Source of the DNA: Pseudomonas phage pf16
DNA length: 24,000 nucleotides
Sequence record: KU873925.1
Strand: one strand, 5' to 3'
A program made the position numbers and the translations under genes. Positions 15,975-21,789 of this stretch are shown here, piece by piece (within the stretch, counting starts at the first letter, position 1; every line of letters begins with the position of its first letter). The notes under the pieces are model-generated. The model did not search any database. It was not told the DNA's origin and worked only from the letters and a program-made list of their open reading frames with translations.

Positions 15975-17972
15975 TTAGAACGAAACGTTCAGGACGCGGT
16001 TGACGGAGCCTTTGACGCGAACGGTGATCGACTCTTTCTTGGTAGTCGAGATGCCGATGCCACTCAGCTGGTTTTCACTGGCCGGAGCCTTCAGCTTGCT
16101 ACCCAGCAGTTCGAAGACCTTGCGGTGTTCGTTCAGGTCGTCGCGGAGGAACTCGTTGTAGAAACCGCGAGTACTGTCCGGATTGACACAGCCCTTCAGC
16201 ATGAAGAAGAGGTGTTCGTTGCCGACCTGCTTGCCTTCCCAGAAGTTAGGCGAGCGCATTACCATGTCGACTGGAACCCACTGTTCGGTGGTCACGCCCC
16301 ACTTCTCGATCGAAGCGCTACCTTCCTTCAGGCCATGGACAGTGATCTCGTTACCGCGGACGGTGATGGTGCCAACGGAAACGCGCTCTTTGTGTCGCAG
16401 ACCTTTTGGTTGCGCGAAGCTGAACACGCGACCACCGAACTCGACTTCGATTTCGAACCCAGCGTTCGAGGTCGAGCGCTGATTGAAGTTGTTGACTTCG
16501 ACGGTATAGGTACCGTTCTGCGGATGTTTCGACCAGACGATGTTCTCGACTGGGTTGGTGCTGTTGGTTGCACAGCCGGCGTTCATGTCAACGTCGAGCG
16601 CAGCACCGAAACGGTTGCGGTCACCGAAGTACACACGCTCGCCGCCGTTCTTGATGACAGCCAGGTCGAGGTCATCGCCGTTGAACCATGACAGCGACAC
16701 ACGCAGGGCACCGTCAACCTTACCGCCTGCAGCCTTGACACGCTCCTTGATGGAGTCAGTCACTTCGCCGTCATACGACCAGGAGAAGGCGTTGCCCCAC
16801 TTGAACAGTGGCTGGGCGTCGGCGATGGCCGGTGCAACCAGGCTCACGAAGTTGTTGGCGTGCTGCGACTTGACGAACAGTTCCACCTCGGTAGCCCGCG
16901 GCAGCACGTTGGCCAGGAAGTCAGCGACGCTGATGGTTTCGACGTTCTTCAGTTCAGGCGCGTTCTGCTTGGTCGGCGCGATGGAGTCGAAGGCACCACC
17001 CAGCAGCTTCGGCTTGACGTCACGGTTGACGAACAGCACGTCGTTGACCGAGATGTCTTCTTTCACTGCGTAACGACGTTGCAGCGATGCTTCCAGACCC
17101 AGTTCTTCAACCTTCTTCGACGCTGCGTCGATCATCTTCTGGGTGACCAGTGCAGTCGAACGCTTGTAGTTCTGCGGCGCGACCTTACTTTCAAAGGACT
17201 TCACTGCCGATTCCAGGTCCTCGCCTTCAGACAGAGCTACCAGCAGGGTGCCGATAACAGTGCCACGGTAGCGAGTTGCCGGAGTCGCGGTGTTCCAGAG
17301 CCACAGTTCGCGCTCACGCTCGGTCTTGAGCTTGGCGTATTCAGCCTGGCACTTTTTCAGGCCGGCGACGGTGCCTTTGTGTTCAGCGCCACGGTACAGC
17401 GAGTTCGATGCGATCAGGTCTGACACCACTTCGATCGAGTCGGCAGTGATTTCGGTAACCGAGCGCTTCAGGACTGCAACGTCAGTGCTGCGTTCGCCGA
17501 TGGCGTTGCTTGCGTTGTTGCGGATGATCCGTTCACGCGGCACAGCGACATGGAAGTGGTTCCAGATCACGTCAGCCTTGTCATCGCGGTTTGGCGCGGA
17601 GCCGTACGAAGACTCGCCAACCAGGAAGATGGACTTGATCGGCGCAGAGCGGACCAGCTTGGCCATCTCTTTTGCAACGACGGAGTACACTGGGTCGTCG
17701 ATGTTGATGTCCCAGACGGTCATCAGTTCGCCGTTCTTGACGTAGACGACGTTGCCGATGTTCTTCACGAAGTTGCGGCAGCACGAACAGTCGTGCTCGG
17801 TGCGCTCACGGAAGATTGGGTTGGTGCCGGCCGGGAAGGACGCCAGGTAGTGAGCCCACAGATCGTCACCAGCCACGTCGACGATGAACATCTGGTTCTT
17901 GTTCTTGTCGGCGTTGATGAATTGGTTGAACAGATGCTGGACAGCTTGGCCAAACGGTTTGAAATCGCTCAT
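15975..17972 (-). CDS. 665-aa protein with DUF2135/YfaP-like segment
   Basis: GALRVSLSWFNGDDLDLAVIKNGGERVYFGDRNRFGAALDVDMNAGCATNSTNPVENIVWSKHPQNGTYTVEVNNF resembles DUF2135-type domains; N-terminal Cys cluster HDCSCCRNFVKNIGNVVYV. Confidence 0.8.
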   Translation of the reverse strand: MSDFKPFGQAVQHLFNQFINADKNKNQMFIVDVAGDDLWAHYLASFPAGTNPIFRERTEHDCSCCRNFVKNIGNVVYVKNGELMTVWDINIDDPVYSVVAKEMAKLVRSAPIKSIFLVGESSYGSAPNRDDKADVIWNHFHVAVPRERIIRNNASNAIGERSTDVAVLKRSVTEITADSIEVVSDLIASNSLYRGAEHKGTVAGLKKCQAEYAKLKTERERELWLWNTATPATRYRGTVIGTLLVALSEGEDLESAVKSFESKVAPQNYKRSTALVTQKMIDAASKKVEELGLEASLQRRYAVKEDISVNDVLFVNRDVKPKLLGGAFDSIAPTKQNAPELKNVETISVADFLANVLPRATEVELFVKSQHANNFVSLVAPAIADAQPLFKWGNAFSWSYDGEVTDSIKERVKAAGGKVDGALRVSLSWFNGDDLDLAVIKNGGERVYFGDRNRFGAALDVDMNAGCATNSTNPVENIVWSKHPQNGTYTVEVNNFNQRSTSNAGFEIEVEFGGRVFSFAQPKGLRHKERVSVGTITVRGNEITVHGLKEGSASIEKWGVTTEQWVPVDMVMRSPNFWEGKQVGNEHLFFMLKGCVNPDSTRGFYNEFLRDDLNEHRKVFELLGSKLKAPASENQLSGIGISTTKKESITVRVKGSVNRVLNVSF

Positions 17973-17977
17973 TGCGC

Positions 17978-17995
17978 TTACTCTTCCTGTTTCAT
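17978..17995 (-). other. 5-codon upstream ORF MKQEE* in the leader of the 665-aa gene
   Basis: ATGAAACAGGAAGAGTAA begins at the same ATG of the leader ACTACATCATG used as the gene start elsewhere. Confidence 0.45.
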
Positions 17996-18035
17996 GATGT
18001 AGTGGTTGTTCACGTTGTTGCGTTGTGTGAGGCTT

Positions 18036-18064
18036 AATTTACAGAAGGTGTTGGTTGGTGTCAA
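18036..18064 (-). promoter_or_regulatory. putative sigma70 promoter TTGACA-N17-TAAATT
   Basis: -35 18059..18064, -10 18036..18041; 17-nt spacer; upstream of the 665-aa gene. Confidence 0.7.
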
Positions 18065-18082
18065 CACCTTCTGCAAAACTTT

Positions 18083-18301
18083 TTACTTGATGATAACCAG
18101 GTCACTGGCCTTGAACACGTTACCTTTTCCTGCCTTACATTTGGCGTCGAAGGTTACGAGAATGTTGTAGCCCATCAGCTTGTCTGTAGGGTCTGGGATG
18201 ATCTTGGTGATCTTACCAGTTACACCATTACTCAGTCGCTTGAGCGGGTTAGTGGTGTCCACCTTCACTTTCATTCCGACCTTGGCGTCTACTGCGTTCA
18301 T
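18083..18301 (-). CDS. hypothetical protein, 72 aa (start MNAVDAKVGMKVKV)
   Basis: Start in the recurrent leader CACAGTGAAGAGGTACTACATCATG. Confidence 0.75.
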   Translation of the reverse strand: MNAVDAKVGMKVKVDTTNPLKRLSNGVTGKITKIIPDPTDKLMGYNILVTFDAKCKAGKGNVFKASDLVIIK

Positions 18302-18368
18302 GATGTAGTACCTCTTCACTGTGGTTGTTTACTGCATGGACACAGTATACTGGTAGTCTTATCAAAAC

Positions 18369-18390
18369 AAAAGCCCGAAAACGGGCTTTT
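18369..18390 (-). terminator. Rho-independent terminator AAAAGCCCG-N4-CGGGCTTTT
   Basis: Perfect GC-rich stem flanked by T-rich tract on the minus strand (TTTTGTTTT), downstream of the ACP gene. Confidence 0.85.
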
Positions 18391-18458
18391 GTTGGTTACA
18401 CTGAATTAAACCCTCTTACCGCACACTGGCTGGGCCTTGCTACAGGCGGGTAACGCAA

Positions 18459-18479
18459 CTAGACGAGCTCTTTTACCAT
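18459..18479 (-). other. orphan 6-codon mini-ORF MVKELV* with strong Shine-Dalgarno
   Basis: AGAGGAGGCTGTATGGTAAAAGAGCTCGTCTAG on the minus strand between ACP gene and terminator. Confidence 0.35.
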
Positions 18480-18518
18480 ACAGCCTCCTCTAGGACAGTT
18501 CAGCGTTCTACTTGCGTA

Positions 18519-19010
18519 CTACTTAGTGGACGACTTCATCAGCAGCCGGCAGAGGTCTTCCAGGTTGCCGTTGGAGCGGTCCAGGGTCAGCACAGTGCTG
18601 CCATCGACCTTCACCGATGCGAAGTGCTTATCGACAGTTACCGTGATGTCACCCAGCACGCCGATGACGTGCTGTTCGTGATTCTCCGGGTCAACCTTCT
18701 CCAACATCTGCTGGAAGGTGCAACCCTGCGACTTGAACGCAACCACAGGCGCTACAGCCGATGGAGGCTCGATGGTCAGGTCGCTGTCGATTGCGCGTAC
18801 GACGTCCATCACAGTTGCGTTGACGAACTTATCAGCGAATTCGTCTGGGATCTCGATGCAGAAATCCTCCTCCAGGCGCATGATGATCTCGATGTTATCG
18901 AGCGAGTCGGTACCCAGTTCGTGGATGGGCTCGAGGATGTTGATCTCATCTGCGTTGAGACCCAGCTGTTCAGCCAGGGCGGCTGTAACCTTGTTCAGTG
19001 TTGTGCTCAT
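18519..19010 (-). CDS. acyl-carrier-protein domain protein with ~80-aa C-terminal extension
   Basis: LGLNADEINILEPIHELGTDSLDNIEIIMRLEEDFCIEIPDEFADKFVNATVMDVVRAI: ACP fold with DSL phosphopantetheine site. Confidence 0.9.
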   Translation of the reverse strand: MSTTLNKVTAALAEQLGLNADEINILEPIHELGTDSLDNIEIIMRLEEDFCIEIPDEFADKFVNATVMDVVRAIDSDLTIEPPSAVAPVVAFKSQGCTFQQMLEKVDPENHEQHVIGVLGDITVTVDKHFASVKVDGSTVLTLDRSNGNLEDLCRLLMKSSTK

Positions 19011-19071
19011 GCCTATCATTCCTTATCAGTCGTAGAAAAGGCCCACAGTGTGGGCCTTTTGCAGGGGCGTC

Positions 19072-19269
19072 TTACTTCTTCTTGCCATTGCCTTTGGTGT
19101 TACCACCTTTGGCTGGCGCAGGAGCAGCAGGGGCCTCACGGCGCGACATCTCACGCTTGCGCTTCTTGGCAGTGGCGCCGACGCGCGAACGTGGGTGACG
19201 ACCGCTTGGAGTAGCAGGGCGTTCGAATGGCTTGAACTCGCCGGAAGCATCGTTGGTGCGGATGGTCAT
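19072..19269 (-). CDS. small basic Ala/Pro/Lys-rich protein (start MTIRTNDASGE)
   Basis: Co-oriented ORF with SD; C-terminus KKRKREMSRREAPAAPAPAKGGNTKGNGKKK. Confidence 0.65.
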   Translation of the reverse strand: MTIRTNDASGEFKPFERPATPSGRHPRSRVGATAKKRKREMSRREAPAAPAPAKGGNTKGNGKKK

Positions 19270-19286
19270 CTGTGTATCTCCAGTTT

Positions 19287-19451
19287 TCAATGTTGATCAG
19301 TTTCAGGTTTGGTTTCTTGCGACTCTACCGCAGCAGGTTCATCCTGCTTAGGCTTGTTCTTGCCGAAGATGGCATCCCAGTTGTCTGCGTAAGCTTTGCT
19401 GTTCACGCGGGTCTGGATGCTGTCGCCGGTTACATCGTTCTTTGCAGCCAT
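19287..19451 (-). CDS. small hypothetical protein, 54 aa (not in supplied track)
   Basis: MAAKNDVTGDSIQTRVNSKAYADNWDAIFGKNKPKQDEPAAVESQETKPETDQH*. Confidence 0.6.
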   Translation of the reverse strand: MAAKNDVTGDSIQTRVNSKAYADNWDAIFGKNKPKQDEPAAVESQETKPETDQH

Positions 19452-19479
19452 CTACTTCTCTACTTCAGTTAACACGATT

Positions 19480-19570
19480 TGGCGGTGTCATAGAGATTCG
19501 AACTCTAGGGCAGGTCTCCCCCACCTACGGTTTTCAAGACCGTCGCCATCGACCACTCGGCCATGACACC
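19480..19570 (-). tRNA. tRNA-Ser(UGA), CCA encoded
   Basis: Acceptor GGTGTCA/TGACACC, anticodon loop CTTGAAA, long variable arm, T-loop TTCGAAT, 3' CCA. Confidence 0.95.
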
Positions 19571-19587
19571 TTAAACTGTATGCAGCG

Positions 19588-19604
19588 GAGGGAGTTGAAC
19601 CCTC
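19588..19604 (-). ncRNA. orphan T-arm-like hairpin GAGGG-TTCAACT-CCCTC
   Basis: Canonical T-arm geometry but no matching anticodon/D arms or 5' acceptor can be found. Confidence 0.45.
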
Positions 19605-19632
19605 AGTTCTAAGTCTTAATCCCACCGTGGGC

Positions 19633-19693
19633 GCAGCGTGTTGCAGAGCTAAGCCGTTGGCCTCCCGTCGAACAACGGCTAGCTTCACACTGC
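19633..19693 (-). ncRNA. candidate structured RNA hairpin in spacer
   Basis: Minus strand GCAGTGTG..GCTA-GCCGTTG-N13-CAACGGC-TTAGC..CACGCTGC: 7-bp perfect inner stem (19653..19659 with 19673..19679) and 8-bp outer stem with one G.U. Confidence 0.5.
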
Positions 19694-19694
19694 G

Positions 19695-19711
19695 TCAGGA
19701 ATTGAACCTGA
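19695..19711 (-). ncRNA. orphan T-arm-like hairpin TCAGG-TTCAATT-CCTGA
   Basis: T-arm geometry just downstream of the NADAR gene stop; no cloverleaf recoverable. Confidence 0.4.
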
Positions 19712-19738
19712 TACTTTCACCGGAAACTGCAAACCCTG

Positions 19739-20203
19739 TTACAAGCACAACCCTTCACCACGAAGGTTACTGCGGATGCGCATGAGAATCTCACCCAACT
19801 TGTTCTTGCCAACCAGGTTACCATTGGCGTCACGCACCATACCCCAGTACTTATCGCCCCAGTAGTTCAGTTCGACAAGCTTGCGGTTGCCTGTAGCAAG
19901 CAACAGCTTCTTCAGGTCTTCGTTCTGCTCGAACTTAGCCAGAACGATTTGGTACATGAAATCGTCCTTCAAGTGCTCCCAGTTGAAGCGGACAGGAACC
20001 TTCCGACCAAGGCGCTTGGCTTCACCTGGCGTTTCCAGTGCAGCAAACTCAACCCACACATCTTGGCCATCAACCTTCATGGCCTGGTAGGCGTGTTCCG
20101 AAGTTGGCCAGTTGATACCTTTGTACACCAACGGCGCTTCGAAGAAGTTGCTGAGGAAAGCAAACTCCTGGAAGAAGCCGAGGATGTCATCATTTGGTGC
20201 CAT
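19739..20203 (-). CDS. NADAR (YbiA-like) domain protein
   Basis: FLSNFFEAPLVYKGINWPTSEHAYQAMK...NRKLVELNYWGDKYWG...GKNKLGEILMRIRSNL matches the NADAR/YbiA signature. Confidence 0.95.
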   Translation of the reverse strand: MAPNDDILGFFQEFAFLSNFFEAPLVYKGINWPTSEHAYQAMKVDGQDVWVEFAALETPGEAKRLGRKVPVRFNWEHLKDDFMYQIVLAKFEQNEDLKKLLLATGNRKLVELNYWGDKYWGMVRDANGNLVGKNKLGEILMRIRSNLRGEGLCL

Positions 20204-20222
20204 ACGTTACCTCTTCACGAAA

Positions 20223-20298
20223 TGGGACGCCAGGTAGGAGTCGAACCTACAACCAACGGATTTGGAATCCGCCATTCTGCCAATTGAACTACTGACGT
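20223..20298 (-). tRNA. tRNA-Trp(CCA), 3' CCA encoded
   Basis: ACGTCAG/CTGGCGT acceptor, anticodon loop TTCCAAA, T-arm GTAGGTTCGACTCCTAC. Confidence 0.92.
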
Positions 20299-20304
20299 AT
20301 ATTA

Positions 20305-20385
20305 GGTGGGCCAATAAGGGAATCGAACCCTCGACCTTGCATGTATGGTGTTAACCCCATGGCATGAAAGCCAACCATGTAGCCC
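20305..20385 (-). tRNA. degenerate or atypical tRNA-like element
   Basis: GGGCTA/TGGCCC 6-bp acceptor, AGGTC variable region, T-arm GAGGG-TTCGATT-CCCTT; no normal 7-nt anticodon loop on a 5-bp stem can be drawn. Confidence 0.45.
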
Positions 20386-20391
20386 GTTGAC

Positions 20392-20467
20392 TGGTGCCGG
20401 CAGCAGGAATCGAACCCGCGACATCTTGCTTACAAGGCAAGCGCTCTACCATCTGAGCTATACCGGC
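20392..20467 (-). tRNA. tRNA-Thr(UGU), 3' CCA encoded
   Basis: GCCGGTA...TAGCTCAGATGGTAGAGC, CTTGC-CTTGTAA-GCAAG, T-arm, TGCCGGCACCA. Confidence 0.96.
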
Positions 20468-20477
20468 GTGTAACTGT

Positions 20478-20732
20478 TTATGGGCGGATAATGTACAAGC
20501 TGATATCCGACCCAGTGGTGACAAGCGTTTCGTTGCCACGCTTGACCATGTCGATCATGCAGTTCTTGAGCTCCAGCGAACCTGGCCATGGGCACTCAAA
20601 GGTGTTCTCCCAAGCAGCCTTGATGCGTTCCATCCGTTGTGCATGATCCGCTTTGATCAGCTCCATTGTCTCGTAGACGCTGGTGGCATCACCGACGAAG
20701 TCTGTGGAAGATACGTCAGCGTTGAAAGTCAT
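20478..20732 (-). CDS. hypothetical protein, 84 aa (start MTFNADVSSTDFVG)
   Basis: ORF between tRNA-Thr and 20825 ORF; internal start preferred. Confidence 0.6.
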   Translation of the reverse strand: MTFNADVSSTDFVGDATSVYETMELIKADHAQRMERIKAAWENTFECPWPGSLELKNCMIDMVKRGNETLVTTGSDISLYIIRP

Positions 20733-20824
20733 TTCCGAATAGTAGATCTTCACTTGGTGTGTCCTGTGTACGTTGTCTATGCGGCGTATTGTAGAGCGGT
20801 ACGCCGCCGATGTAAACACTTCTT

Positions 20825-21145
20825 TTAAAACTTCATGTCCGCGAGGTAACTACCTTCTTGAAGGACGGTGTAGATGACCGTCTCATCGCTCACTTCAGAG
20901 TGAACGAACACTATGTTGCGAACCTTCGAGATCCTCACCTTGCGACCATGCTTGACGCACAGCGCATTGTAACGACCTGGACACTGGCGAAGCGCGAAGT
21001 CAACAGACTTGGCTTCACGGAACAACTTGCGAAGCATGTAGGCTTCGTTACCGCCCCTGAAAATCTCAGGGTTGAACTGAAGACGGAAGCGCTCTCTGAA
21101 GCGCTGTTTGGCATGAGCCGTTACCTTGATCATCACTGTCATCAC
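20825..21145 (-). CDS. hypothetical protein, 106 aa
   Basis: MIKVTAHAKQRFRERFRLQF...; co-oriented ORF. Confidence 0.7.
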   Translation of the reverse strand: MMTVMIKVTAHAKQRFRERFRLQFNPEIFRGGNEAYMLRKLFREAKSVDFALRQCPGRYNALCVKHGRKVRISKVRNIVFVHSEVSDETVIYTVLQEGSYLADMKF

Positions 21146-21305
21146 CTAAACGTTGAAGCTCATCAAATACCAATTTGCGACTTTGCTGACGCTCGATGCT
21201 CGCAGTGAGCTTCTTGGTGAACGGACCTGGGATCGCATGGCTCAACGCACGCTTACCCCAGTACTCACAATGACCACCTTTGGAGCCTCTTACACTGCGC
21301 GACAT
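21066..21305 (-). CDS. possible small phage protein (MSRSVR... family-like), overlaps 20825..21145
   Basis: N-terminus MSRSVRGSKGGHCEYWGKRALSHAI; ~80-nt overlap with next ORF lowers confidence in the exact end. Confidence 0.5.
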   Translation of the reverse strand: MSRSVRGSKGGHCEYWGKRALSHAIPGPFTKKLTASIERQQSRKLVFDELQRLGDDSDDQGNGSCQTALQRALPSSVQP

Positions 21306-21422
21306 ATCGACGTCCCTATACTGAATTCAATTGGCAGTTTTGAAGCATGCCAAGGCTTATCGGTTGGCGATTTACCGCTGCTTGAGCTTACCACAGCCCA
21401 CTTTACACCGTGCGGTTTGGTG

Positions 21423-21449
21423 GCCATGCACTACCGAGCTCGGCATGGC
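21423..21449 (-). ncRNA. hairpin GCCATGC-CGAGCTCGGTAGT-GCATGGC with 5S-rRNA-loop-C-like sequence
   Basis: 7-bp perfect stem on the minus strand; CCATGCCGAGCTCGGTAGTG. Confidence 0.5.
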
Positions 21450-21450
21450 T

Positions 21451-21508
21451 GTTCTCATCACTGTTTGGGCCACTGCATGCAGTGTTAGGCCGGTGATGAC
21501 TCGGGAAC
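21451..21508 (-). ncRNA. candidate structured RNA hairpin
   Basis: GTTC-(CCGAG)-TCATCAC ... GTGATGA-GAAC, 11 bp total, enclosing GGCC/GGCC and the palindrome CACTGCATGCAGTG (21471..21484). Confidence 0.55.
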
Positions 21509-21515
21509 TAATCGG

Positions 21516-21618
21516 TTCAGTGTAGAGCGCTTTAACCTTATGCGTAAGCTATCAGCCCTGTTAGATAGGCGGGCCTTCCGAGACAAGGGAGTTGAACCCA
21601 AGTTCTCTCTACACTGAA
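21516..21618 (-). ncRNA. candidate structured RNA closed by a perfect 12-bp long-range stem
   Basis: TTCAGTGTAGAG (21607..21618) pairs with CTCTACACTGAA (21516..21527); inside are a T-arm-like motif and a potential H-type pseudoknot (21549..21575). Confidence 0.65.
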
Positions 21619-21620
21619 TA

Positions 21621-21697
21621 TGGTGGGACGCCTGTGATTCGAACACAGGACCCTCGGCTTAAAAGGCCGATACTCTAACCAACTGAGTTAGCGTCCC
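21621..21697 (-). tRNA. tRNA-Lys(UUU), 3' CCA encoded
   Basis: GGGACGC/GCGTCCC, anticodon loop CTTTTAA, T-arm CTGTG-TTCGAAT-CACAG. Confidence 0.96.
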
Positions 21698-21702
21698 AAA
21701 AC

Positions 21703-21778
21703 TGGTCTCGGTAGCTGGTCTCGAACCAACGGCCTCTTGCTCCCAAAGCAAGCGCTCTACCAACTGAGCTACACCGAG
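21703..21778 (-). tRNA. tRNA-Pro(UGG), 3' CCA encoded
   Basis: CTCGGTG/TACCGAG acceptor, CTTGC-TTTGGGA-GCAAG, TTCGAGA T-loop. Confidence 0.95.
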
Positions 21779-21789
21779 TGAAAAAGGGG

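Noticed and set aside
15912-17423. Long plus-strand ORFs (259 aa and 187 aa, with others) opposite the 665-aa gene
   Set aside because: Antisense shadows of a coherent minus-strand protein; no SD or domain.
19633-19693. tmRNA, based on TTCGACGGGAG
   Set aside because: No tag-peptide ORF, no matching 3' alanyl acceptor and far too short; kept only as unexplained structured RNA.
21361-21390. 16S 530-loop mimic based on AGCAGCGGTAAAT
   Set aside because: Match to GCAGCCGCGGUAAUAC needs a gap and extra base; not significant by eye.
21153-21525. Plus-strand ORFs of 111 and 64 aa over the structured RNA tract
   Set aside because: No SD or recognisable domain; they overlap minus-strand inverted-repeat structures that better explain the sequence.
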